64,000 bases of DNA from NCBI RefSeq assembly GCF_036321535.1, contig NC_087436.1:95792001-95856000 (forward strand). Direction: 5' to 3'. The stretch comes from Camelus dromedarius (lineage: Eukaryota). Under the pieces are notes generated by a model. The model did no database searches, was not told where the DNA came from, and was given only the letters and a program-made list of their open reading frames with translations. Each line of letters opens with the position of its first letter. Position 1 is the first letter of the stretch. Positions 40,305 through 51,900 of this stretch are shown here, in pieces. The translations under genes and the position numbers were made by a program.

Positions 40305-40682
40305 CGCTAAGTGAAATGAGGCAGAAAAGACAGATATTATATGTTTTCACTTATATGCGGAATCTAAAAAAACAAAACAAAAAATACAGCAAAACAGAAA
40401 CACACTTAAGATACAGACAACAAACTGGTGGTCACAAGAGGAGAGGGGAAGGCGGGAATGGGTGAAACAGGCGAAGGGAAATAAGAGATACCAGAGGATT
40501 AAACTACCAGTTATAAAATAAGTAAGTTACAGGGATGGAATACACAGCACAGAAAACATAGTAAATAATGTTATAACAACACTGTATGCTATGTAATATA
40601 TAAAAATATTGAATCATTATGTTGTACACCTGAAACTAATAATAATATTGTAAGTCAACTATACTTCAATTTAAAAAAAAAG
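40305..40682 (+). mobile_element. L1 3' UTR fragment with poly(A)
   Basis: gctaagtgaaatgaggcag...cacttatatgcggaatctaaaa...tgtacacctgaaactaataataatattgtaagtcaactatacttcaatttaaaaaaaa. Confidence 0.85.
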
Positions 40683-42671
40683 AGGTGAGTACAAGTGCAA
40701 AAGGACAGATGGATTTTGTCAGAGCACAATTCAGGTACTCTTCTGGCAGGCTGGCAGGTCACAGCAGCCAGGGAAAAAACAGAGATGACTTTACTGAACT
40801 AACTACTGAAATGTTGAATCAAAACAGTGTTTAAATTTATGAGTAAAATTAGCACTTAGAAATCATTAGATGAAAATCCTCCCCCGGACATGGACGTCAA
40901 TGACACAGTGTGAGCATCCTCTCTCAGACACACTGTTCTGTCTGATGAGACATTCACGTGTAGAGAAAAACCCCAAGAAGAGGTGGACTAATTGGGTACA
41001 CTTCAAACAGTCTCGGATGAAATCATACAATACGGACTACTCTTCACATCCAGCAGGCACAGAGCCCCTGCGACAGTTCTACCCCTGCCGTGAGGATGCC
41101 TCCATTCATTAGGTCCTCCCCACCCCACATTAAAACAGAGGTGGTCCTCCTGGGCCCAGTGCCTGCTCCCCACCGTGCACCCCCCACGGGGCTTCTCACC
41201 ACCTTCAGCCACTCCTGGGGGGTGTCTGCAGCAAGAAGGCAGCACTCCCTGCATGATGCCAAAAGCTTTTTTTTTTTTTTAATAGGCGAGAAGGGAGGCA
41301 AGAAACACAGCAGAGAAGGGTAACCAGAGTCCAGGGCTTTCCCAGACTACAGTCCCTCCAGGGTGGTTAGTGCGCTGGCCTTTGTGCTGTCCGGCTGAAA
41401 AGGCTCTTATTAGAGGGAGCTCTGAATCTGAATGGCTTTGCTGTGTTGGAGGCAAATTTAGAGTGCAAAAGAAAACCTTAGTTCAACTTTTTTTTTTCTT
41501 TTTAGTGAAAGTATAAATTCTTTCCAGCAATTCCCTAAATGCTCCTCTAAACTTGAAAAAAAAAAAAAAAGCAAAATACCATGTAAGTAATACTAGCAGT
41601 TGTATATAATTCTAACAGAATCAAGAACAGCAGCCCCTCTTACAAGCTGTAAGTGCGCTCCAGAGTGCAGTGGCCACCGTTACCCATAGGTGCACTGTAT
41701 TTATTCTACTTTATAGATTCCAGAGCACACGAGACTGTATCAATTGATTAAGAAAACACAGTCTTTAAGTCCTTTTTGTGGCCAAGTCACTGGTCCTCTC
41801 CACAGTGTATGAAGTTCTTGCCCAGATCGTGGCTTCCTATAAAAACTACTCTTAATGGGAACATACAACGAGCTTTAATAAACCACTTCATTCTACTTAC
41901 TAGGGAAGCAATATAGCAAAAAGCAAGAACCTCAAACTGTTCATAAAATAATCAGCATCTCCTCTAGTAAGGATGGCTCTAATAATGGGCCATCTACATT
42001 CTAGAAATGCTTCCCATCACGAAGGCAAAACACCCTCACCAGCCTCCTAATTGTGCTACTTAATGGATGTTTTTACGTCAGCATCGCTTTCTGCTTTGCT
42101 TGGTATTTTATCAGGGAAAAAGATGAATTAAACAGTAACTCCAAAACTACAGCAGCAAAATCCCTACCATGACCAAACTTTTCAGCTTTAAATTTCTGAA
42201 AGCTAAGCCAGACCAAAGAAAGATTTATCAAGTGGAACTCTGGAATCCTTCCAGTTCCTCCAGATCACGGTCTGCTTTATCTTCAAGGCCAGAGTCACTG
42301 CTGGTTCTTAATAAGCTCATAAGGGGCATTTCCGTCATCGTTTACCTTATCTTGACAACCACTAAGGAAAGGGTTAGTGATCTTCTCAGATGGGATCTCT
42401 TGTTAAAGCACAACTTTTCTTGTTCCCAGATATATTTTGTATAATGTCAGCAAAGAGTAACAACTAGGAAAACACAGTTTAAAATGTTTATCATTTTGAT
42501 TCATTTTAAAGAGCACTGGAATGCCAGCAAATGAACCTTTGAGGACCTTAAGAAGATGTCAATTTATCTTTAAAAAAGGAAATCAGATATCACTTCACAC
42601 ACATCAGAATGGCTACCATCCAAAAACAAAACAAAACAAAACAAAGCAAAACAAAAAACCCCAGAAAGTTA

Positions 42672-42827
42672 GGGGGAGGGTATAGCTCAGTGGTACAGTG
42701 CATGCTTAGCATGAGCGAGGTTCTGGGTTCAATTCTCAGTACCTCTATTTAAATAAATAAATAACCTAATAAATAAATAAACCTAATTACCTCCCCCTTC
42801 CAAATAAAAATAAATATAAATTTTTTT
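42672..42827 (+). mobile_element. tRNA-derived SINE (camelid type)
   Basis: gggggagggtatagctcagtggtacagtgcatgcttagcatg...aaacctaattacctccccc; flanked by aaaaccc(c)agaaag repeats. Confidence 0.88.
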
Positions 42828-43415
42828 AAAACCCAGAAAGGAGGTTTACTTATCCCTGAAATGTACAAAATAAATAATCCCTTTTCTGCCCACAAAGTGG
42901 TGAGGATTAAATGGATGATAACACATGTTAAAGAAAACACCCAGCTCAGAGCCAGGCACATCTTAAGTACATGATCAACATTATCTGCAAACTGTTAACA
43001 TTTATTGCAGTTTCTCCCTAAGCCAAATTTCTAGAAACTGTTGTCCATACTCACAGCACCATTTCCTGTGCCCTTTGTAATAGGCTTCTCAACTGCCACC
43101 TGTCTTCCGGCCACTCCACCCCATTAAAACTGCTCTGGCAGAGGTCATCGATGACCTTCTGATCGGGACACCCAGTGGAAAGTCTTCCCTCTTATACTAC
43201 TAGCCCTCTCCACGGCAGCCAACGTGACTGAGCACTCACATGCCTTTGATTAGCAACACAACTGGGGTTGTACCCTCGGATTCCCTAACTCCTCCACTAC
43301 CCTCAGAGCCCCTTGGAGGGAAGGTGGTAGCAGGGGGTGCCTAGCGCAGTAGCTGACACACAGAAGACATTCATCTGCTCGAAGGGGTCCCCGCTCACCC
43401 TCCGCCCCGGCTCAC

Positions 43416-43548
43416 CCTCGATCCGCTCACAGAGCTTGTGCAGACCCTGCAGGGGGCAGCCCTCACACAGCTGGGCCGGCGCCCTGGCCGTCCGCTGCAC
43501 CGCAGCCACCGTGAAGGCCTGCTTCAGAGTCATCATGATTTCATCAAC
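43416..43548 (-). CDS. TBC1D1: TBC1D1 exon 6 (133 nt, phase 0-1)
   Basis: tgtccag|GTT ... GAG G|gtgagc; [44 protein letters not shown](G). Confidence 0.96.
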
Positions 43549-44072
43549 CTGGACAGAGAGAAGGCAGACCAGTCAGCAAAAGGCCACTCTGAATGAGCTG
43601 GGCAGAGGGCTCAGGACTCTGCGGAAAGACTCGGGATTTTAAGATTCTTCTGGAGCATCAGTCACAGGCTGACGGATAATAATCATAATAACTGCTAGGA
43701 TTACGTTCAGTCTGAGAAACACGATGAATGTGCAAAGCTCTTCCAGGAGATAAGGTAAAAACTAGGCTCAAATTAAATACTGAGAGAAAAAGCCAAGTCT
43801 TCTGATCAGAAGTACAAAATGATATTTTAAAAATGCTAATAAAGCAGGGGTGAAAGTGAGCAGGTCTTCAAGAATAATGAAAATTGAAAACACACACCCA
43901 AGTAAGGCTCAGGTGTGTGCTAACTAGCTAACTGTTTAACAGCCATGGATAAATAATTAAAGCCAAATAACATGCCAATGAGGCCATATAGTTTTGCTAA
44001 GGAAAGAAATCAGTGAGGTTGAAATCCCTGGTAAATGAAACTTGGAGGTAAGAACGGCTCCTTCTCACTTAC

Positions 44073-44177
44073 CAGAGCCTCGTTTGTGCACTGAAACACG
44101 TAACAGACGAAATGAAAGCCTCCACCTCCTGAAGACTCTCGGCAGATAAACCCAAAGTGGTCCACGTGCCTAATACC
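44073..44177 (-). CDS. TBC1D1: TBC1D1 exon 5 (105 nt)
   Basis: ctgcag|GGT ... CTG|gtaagt; GIRHVDHFGFICRESSGGGGFHFVCYVFQCTNEAL. Confidence 0.97.
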
Positions 44178-45936
44178 CTGCAGAGGCGGGAAGAGAGAAG
44201 GGAGCGGTGAGCTGTCTCCAGAAGAGGCACCACTGCCGGACATGCAGCTTCAGATTTACGCAGTACAATTTTAAAGGACACTACATAAAGGTATTATTTT
44301 CTCAGGTATTTTAAAAATCTAAAAAATCTCTCAAATGTGAAGTTCTACTAAAATGTTACCCTGATTACCCCCACAGTAAGAGACGTAGCATCTGAAAACT
44401 GGAGTTTTTCATGCTCATTTTACCACTAAAAGGAAGCAGAGAAAAGCTGACACAGAAAAATGAGAACTTTTCTTAGGTATCAAGGAGTAAGCAGATGAGA
44501 CATTAATGAAAAAACACAAGTGTACCCACACACGCGCACGTACATGCACACACAAACACATGCAGACACAAAGGTTAAGAGAAACGATTTATCATCTTTG
44601 TACTCCTAAAATAAGAAATAGGTAAATACTGAAGTAAACTGGAAGGAACAATGAATCAAAAATCATACAAAGAATGGAGAAGCTTTTACACATAAGATAT
44701 TAAGGCCAAAGCTCTACCACAGTTCTTAAGAGCTCTTTTAAATAAATATTGTATGTACACTTGTTTTGAGAGTATAAGCGAAGAGGCACAGTAACACAGA
44801 TAAGACTTCACCCATAAGTGTGAATACACAGGGTCTCCTGAAATCACCAGCATGCTGAGATCTGTGTGCTGACACTCTGAACGTCAGGTGATCATGTCAA
44901 CCACACCATTTAGGAAATGACAAAAACTATCACGTGCAAAGGTAAATACTTAATAATAACATTTCAATAGAAATAGCACCTCATCAAGATTAAAAAGTCT
45001 GTGGAGAATCTCACTTTCAGGTCAAGTATCTCCCAACAAATGGGCAATCACCGACACAGCCTGGCATCTCAGGCAACGTCCTCCAACAGCAAGTTAACCA
45101 GATGCGAGAGGTTACTTCTCAGGGGGGTGTGATTTGGAAAATCTTTTCCTTGGTAAAGGGTTCCCTATTCGACTGTATTCATGAACATTCATTGTTGTCA
45201 CATTTTGGGGGGGAAAATATTCCCTGTTGAAGCCATATGTAGATCATGTTATAAATCAACAAACAAGGAGACTTCCATTATATCTTATTTTGAGAAAATG
45301 GAAATCAGAAAATGAGAGAGTTTTAAAAAGGAGGCATACAATAACTTTAAGTGATTTCATATTTGCTAGGAGATCCTGAGTAAAACTGGCATAGCTCATT
45401 ACAATTGACAGATTCTCCAAAATCTCCCTGTGAAACACACGCAGGAGATTATCAAGAAAGAACTCAAGGAGACACCGTATTCTGAGGAAGACACCCTTAT
45501 AGATAGTCACTATTTATTATATTTTAAGGAAAAAGAAATAATGATCATTGGTAACCCAAAAGTTAGGAGTTTTTGTAAAGCAGAAATATCAATTTAAAAA
45601 TATATATTTGTATGTATGAATGCATATATTAACACACACACAGACGTACACATATACATACACCTGGAATTATGACTGTGGAATATAACTACAGATGATT
45701 TAAAGAAGAAAAGTAGGTTCTCCAGTAGATTATGGTTGCTAAAAACAAAATTCTTGATTTCAAAATTATATTCACATTTTGCCTTAATATACAAAAGGAA
45801 GAAGAAATGAAGATCACAAATTGGGTACTTACAAAGCATACACCTTGTAACCTTAACCACTTCTGCTCAGTGACAAAGTAAAAGAATTTATTAAAAAATT
45901 CAATGGCTCTTGAGCTGATAACCCATCTCCATTTAC

Positions 45937-46026
45937 CTGAGAGCAAAAGGATATCTCCTTAAAATTTTTCTCCAACGCTATTTTTTTGGTGTCAGGACTG
46001 ATGAGGTAAACTTCCGATTGACCAAT
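45937..46026 (-). CDS. TBC1D1: TBC1D1 exon 4 (90 nt)
   Basis: ttttaag|ATT ... CAG|gtaaat; [30 protein letters not shown]. Confidence 0.97.
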
Positions 46027-47644
46027 CTTAAAAGATAAACAAAAAAAGCAACTAGCTTTTCATGAAAATTGAATTCAAATTTATTACACAAACTTTCTCA
46101 TTTCATGACCTATGAAAATAAAGAACAAAAGAGTCAAGCTCCTATAGAATTCGGACCATCTCATGCAGAAAATCACTTCAAGGTTACAATCTATCCTACG
46201 GATTTCGGGTAGCACAGACGACCGTCGGTACTTTCATCTACAACAGGCAGCAGTCTTGAGATGAAAGGATCAACTATCCGTAAGTTAGCAGCAGAGCCCC
46301 AGGTCCCATACCCAAGCGTGGTAAGGCACTGAGGTTTCTACATGAGTGAATCTCCCTGCGAATATGGAGCTTCGCTTTTACAAATTCCAGAACACTTTCT
46401 AACGATTACAAAAGTCTTCTTAAATTACTGTTAAAATAATCTACCATTTGTTGATGCACACTGTGAGTCAGGTATTCACCACTGCTTACCTGACCTTCTA
46501 AAAAAGTTAGAGCATTAGCATAAATTAACACTGACTTACAAACTTGAGTCAGCGTAACAGATATCCTAATAGATGTCCGTTGCAGCAAAGGACTGTGTTG
46601 CAATAGCCATGTTAACTGTGCAGCATCCCTCCCTCACCTGCTGCTCCCTGAACCCAGGATTCTCTTCTAGATGACCACAATGAAACCTCTGCTCAGTGAA
46701 AGTCACTTTCTCAAAGAAGTCTTCCCCGATTCCCCAGCTGCTTTCACAGGATCCTCTACTTATCCTTTGCGGTATTTAACCACAGTTTTAGTGAGACAAT
46801 TACTTGTACAATCAGTTGCTGGTCTCCTCCTAGAATCTAAATTCCACGTGGGCAGAGACCGTGCCTGTCTTTGCTGTTTTTCCAGCATGTTGCAAGGGAC
46901 CCTGTATACAGCAGTCACACAATAAGTACTTGAAAAATAAATGCACTGAGCAGCTTTCCCAATGACACTGAGAGTTTTTGTCTTTTTTTAAAATATAAAT
47001 CACAAGTTAAAGCACAAGTCTGACTGTCAACATAACACTCTTTTCAGGATACTAGGTCAACATGAAAAGAGGAAGAAATGGGTCCTATTTACTCTGTGAC
47101 ACACCATATTGATCTTGGACCTGCATACATGCACACAGCCAGCTTCCTCACCCTTCGCCACAGAAACCAGACATTACATTTAAGTTAATTTTGCTCTTTC
47201 TAGAATGTCAGTCAGCCTTAAGCCAAAGAAGAGACAGAGGAGACCGAGGGACAGTCAGTCCCCTGTATCATCGGAGGCCAGCTCACTGTTGGGAGGGCTC
47301 TGAGTCCTGTCAGCTCAGACCCAGAGAGCTCCCAGGGAGGGCAACACATCCAGAAGGGCCAGGATCAGCACGTAAGCCAGGAGCCGCCACTGCCAGGGAC
47401 AGCTTCCCTGTCCATGCCTCTTCGGGCATTTGGCTCACTGTCAGTTTACCAAACTGCTTCTAGAAAAAAATGAGTAAGCAGTTGGCTAAACTAATATTTC
47501 AGTTTGTGTATAAATTTCAAAAATCAGGTTATCCCCAAATCTAATTATCCAGACTTACAAAGGATAAGTATTTTACAAATTAATAACAATAGTAAAGAGG
47601 GAGTATCTTCCAAAAAGATTGTGTTGAAATATATTACTTGAAAT

Positions 47645-47697
47645 TTATATATATATATACATATATATACACATATATATATATATATATATATATA
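47645..47697. repeat. Interrupted (TA)n microsatellite
   Basis: tatatatatatatacatatatatacacatatatatatatatatatatatata. Confidence 0.95.
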
Positions 47698-48019
47698 ACC
47701 TTTGGGGGCCTCTTTTATACATATTAACTGTTTTTACCACATTGAAAAGGTGTCTGCACAACCCCGAGGGAGGGGGATAAAAATTAGACAGGATAGAAGA
47801 CAGATTCTCTTTGCTTCCCCCTGATGACTCCTAATAGGGACTAATAGGGACTAAAATAAGGATTTTCTCCTGAGAAAAAAAATTATTCAATATAAAAATA
47901 TTTGGATTCATGCATAAATCCAAAAGCAATTCACAGAGAATCTTCACTCAAAAAAGCAAATTTTCTTTTAAACACACAGTTCAGACTGGGGATGTGCAGG
48001 AGGTTTGAGAATATTTTAC

Positions 48020-48526
48020 CGTGAAGAGCATAGTTCGATTTTCCTCAATATCTGTCGGCTGCACAATATTGTGTCCACTAATTAGGTGGTTCTCAATGTC
48101 GTTTTCCTCAAAAGAGCTGAAAAAACTACTACTTCGCAGGCTTGCATCTTGAAACTCCTTCCTGAAGGCCAGGGAGCGCAGCCCTGGCTGGGAGAAGGAC
48201 TTGCGCATCGGCCGCGGGCCCTGCTCGGCATCAGCAGCCGGCTGCAGCACAGACAGGAATTTATCCGACAAGGAAAAGCCTCCGGCGGGGGCGGGGGCGG
48301 GGGGCGCAGTCTCCCAGCCCCGGGAGCTGCCGCAGACGTGACTGAAGCCCTCGATGCATTCGTCGATCAGGGCGGGCGGGGCCTTCCGGTGCGCCACCGC
48401 CACGCGGCCGCAGAACAGCACCTCGAACTTCTTGGCGAAGGTGTCATCAAACTCCGACGGGCAACGGAGCTCCTCCTGGCGGGCGATCTTCCCGGCCTGT
48501 CGGATGGAGCTGATGATCTCAGGCAC
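48020..48526 (-). CDS. TBC1D1: TBC1D1 exon 3 (507 nt, phase 0-0); start of PTB2 and RKSFS (Ser237-equivalent) motif
   Basis: Acceptor tttcccgccag|GTG, donor ACG|gtaaaa. Translates VPEIISSIRQAGKIARQEE...RPMRKSFSQPGLRS...EENRTMLFT. Ser codon at 48191-48193. Confidence 0.97.
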
Positions 48527-50153
48527 CTGGCGGGAAAGGAAGGAGCGTTACTTGGAACAGGCGGCGGTGGGTACCACACAGGGCCCGCATCGGCAAGGAG
48601 CCAACGCCGCACTCTGACCGACCTCACACTGCGTATTCCATCGCACGGTCCTGAAGGAGCATCCCACGCAGAACCTGGGACCATGAGAGGGAAATGTTCA
48701 ACTTTCACAGAGATCAAAAGGGGAATGATACTTATTAAGCACCTCTTACACGCCCAGGCTATGCTAGAGGGTTCCCATGCCCAACACCCCATGAGCTTAA
48801 GCGACTAACCTTGAGACCCACAGCCCAACGTAGCAAACCCTGGATTCAAATCCAGCCTGGTCCCCCCAGTCCAAAGCCAAAGGCCCTCTCTGGAGATGTT
48901 GTCACCCCCATAGAGGTCCACCTGTCACCAAAACATTATGCAGTTACTTCTAGATCTCATGGCCGCACATTAAGGCTTCCACAATAAATGATGGGATGAG
49001 GGTAGCAAGACTGAAATTATCTTACAAAACACTTCTAATCATAACATCATTATTTTCTCTAATGACAACTGACAATTTATTATTCCTCAGTCCTATACTT
49101 CCTAATAGTGGAAGAGTGCCGACTACACAGCGAGGAGGTTTTAATTAAGGGGTAAGCAACCATGACAGTATCATTATCACAGCAACACACTGGGGCTTCT
49201 TTCCTGTGAGCTGCTAAAGCCTTTGGTCCCTAATGTAATGTCATGATCAAGAGAACTAGCAAAAGGGCCCCGTGTGCTACTGTCAGCCCTACTGCTACAC
49301 CCTCTCACCATCAGCTTCTGACCAGATGCTTCAAAGCCGCGCAGAGATGAATGAGCGTCTGTGCAATCATCTGGGTGGTGTGCAGCCACAGTGCTGACCC
49401 AGGAGAGGCACCGATTCAGTCTCCATAAGGAAGGGACCGGTTTCCTTGTGCCCTAACACCCAAAGCAATTTTTCCTTTCCTCTGTAAGAAAATCCAGTTT
49501 AAGACCCAATTCCCACTGGCCCAATGTCTTTTTTAACAGCATTATAGAAGGAAAAGAAAACTAAACCCCTTTTCAATTCAGGTCAAAGATCAACCTGGGG
49601 AAGTGGTTTTTGTAGATTTTAAAAGGAAAGCTTATATTCTGTGTTCCTAACATAATCCCCAAAGACGCAATGACGCAAAAGATTTTTCTCTGTCATTTCA
49701 TATCAGCACTCTTAAAGACAATCTCTGCCATAAAGATTAAGATATGGCCTCTCAAAGCATTTTACCATACGAAGAGTCAAAATATCTTTAGGCATATTTT
49801 ATATTTTAAAAAATTAATTCCTAAAACATAAGACCTAACACACTAAGCCAGAGTCTCCACATCAAGCATCCATCTGTACTGAGTATTTGCTTGTGCTGCA
49901 GCTCATTCCTCTCCTGACAGGTAATTATACATCCTGCAGAGGCCTAAAAATTATTCACCAATATAAAAGAAGACAGGACAGAAGAGAGAGAAAGTCTAGG
50001 TTTCATTCACACCTTTGCCAATCAGTCACTACAAGACTTTGGCAAGAACAGCCTCAGTTTCTCTGAGGACAAAAAATGCTTATAAATGTTTCAGGTAAAA
50101 GTTGGTTCTGTGAGGGTAAAGAATAATGCCTTTTTCAAAAAATAGAACCAATT

Positions 50154-50300
50154 GGGGGGACGGTATAGCTCAGTGGCAGAGTGCATGCCTAGCATGCATA
50201 AGGTCCTGGGTTCAATCCTCAGTGACTCCATTAAAGATAAATAAATAAGAACCTAACTACCTCCCTCCCAAAATAATAAAAAAAATAAATAAAAAGTTTT
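50154..50300 (+). mobile_element. tRNA-derived SINE (camelid type)
   Basis: ggggggacggtatagctcagtggcagagtgcatgcctagcatgcataaggtcctgggttcaatcc...aacctaactacctccc; aaccaatt on both flanks. Confidence 0.88.
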
Positions 50301-51159
50301 TAAAATATATAACCAATTTATGCAAGTATAAAACCTTGCAGGTTTTCTGAGCTAGTGTGTGAAATTATTTTATCTGGCAAGAGTCACGTAAATCTTCCTA
50401 ATTATTAACCCCACTCTGAGTAGAAGAAAATTCAAAGCTTACTCAGTCTTTCAAGGCTTCTTAAAATAACTGACATTCCTATATGCTGGGTCTTCCGCTG
50501 CATCCGAAGTAACAGTGTCTTTCTTTGTGTGCAGTCATGTAAATTTATGGTGATTCAGTAATAAAAGGTACAGACACAAGCAAGACACAAAGTAGAGAAC
50601 GTGACTGTTCCCTGGCTTCACAGGGTCCGAAGAGGCCACTAAAGAGGACGTCGTACCCTGGCTACAGCTGAGCTGTGGTGTATTTTTCCAATCACCAATG
50701 TCCCCTGTACTTTCCTCAGAACCTTCAAAAGACATGCTTTAGTCAAAGACCAGTGCCTCCCTCTCCTTGCTCTGGTGAGTCGTGTGAATACGGGTATAAA
50801 GGAGATAACGGGTTAAAAAAAAAAATCACAGGAATCCTGTTAAGAATATAACAACTTCAGAATATCTGAAGGCCTATTGCCATACATAGTTTCAACAATA
50901 AATGGTAAACAGTTGAAAATCTAATTTTTTTAAAAACGTTTCTGTAAGGCATTTAAGTACACTAGGAGACTAAAAAGTGAGCTCCATTTGTGCCTAAGTT
51001 TGTAAAACTTTGATAGCTTAGTTTCCTTTACCGGAACAGACCTGGGGCACTGTTTTTTGGAAAATGAAGGTATAATGTCCACTTGTGATGAAGTCATGAA
51101 TTTTCTATCCTCTATAACTCTGTCCTGGACTCACCCACACTGTTGTTGTTACATAAGGG

Positions 51160-51900
51160 AATTAGCTCATTTATTCATTTTCTTTCCCAGCGTTTTCCTA
51201 TGTCTGACTGGTTGCCAGGAGGGTGGGATTCAGAAGACTGAGATGAACACCAGGCAGCCCTGGCTGGGAAGGGAATGTGGCCAGAGGGAGGTTCAGTCAG
51301 AATCCTTTACAGTCACCAAGATGGGGTCTGCTGGGAACAAGCACTAAAGATGGAGAGAGAGGCTGCGGGAAAGATTCTGGAAGACAGACCCACAAGACTT
51401 GGCGACTACCTGGATGGGGGCGCTGAGGGCATGAAGACTGCACGGAATTCCCTAGGCTCTGGCTTTGGCTTTGTTAGTAGAGAACACAGAGGCAGTGGGT
51501 TTGGGGAGACATCCCAATGAGCTCCGCTCCTGTCCATGTTGAGGACAGCCAGGAGGATGTGTAAGTAACGGCATCTGGTAGACAGATGGACCAGCAGGCC
51601 TGGAGGTCAAGCCAGGAGATCTAGACTGGACACTAGCGGCCCAGATACACACATACACAGACAGGAGGTGGCTGATGCCTTGGGAACAGAAACAGGAAAG
51701 TAAGTGAGGGGCAAAGGTGTGACACTGATACACCAACATTTCAGGTATCATGAAACTGAGCAATCCAGGCCAAGAAGGAGGAGGCAGCAGGTGAGGATAA
51801 CGTCAGAGATGCCAAAGGGAGCAAGCACTCTCTCTTCAAGAAAGGAAGAGGTGGCCTCTGAGAATAACATGGGCTGAGATGTGTCTGCTGGAGCCGCAGC
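51160..51900. mobile_element. L2 LINE fragments
   Basis: ctcatttattcatt..cagcgttttcctatgtc..gccagg; gacagacccacaagacttggcgactacctggatgggg; ggagatctagactggacac. Confidence 0.55.

Larger units (their letters stand above)
18221..48526 (-). other. TBC1D1: TBC1D1 gene, internal portion (coding exons ~3-14); the flanking parts of the window are intronic
   Basis: Twelve exons translate collinearly into recognisable TBC1D1 peptides (VPEIISSIRQAGK...RRHSWRQQIFLRVATPQK). Splice phases are all compatible. No upstream exon (…KADDQTK) or downstream exon (DYSELGELPP…) was seen in the window. Confidence 0.97.

Noticed and set aside
42672..42745. tRNA-like sequences (also at 35292, 38130, 50154, 59413)
   Set aside because: These are SINE heads with A-rich tails and TSDs, not tRNA genes.
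48086..48808. 240-aa plus-strand ORF
   Set aside because: Antisense shadow of the GC-rich TBC1D1 exon 3; non-ATG start and no recognisable protein.
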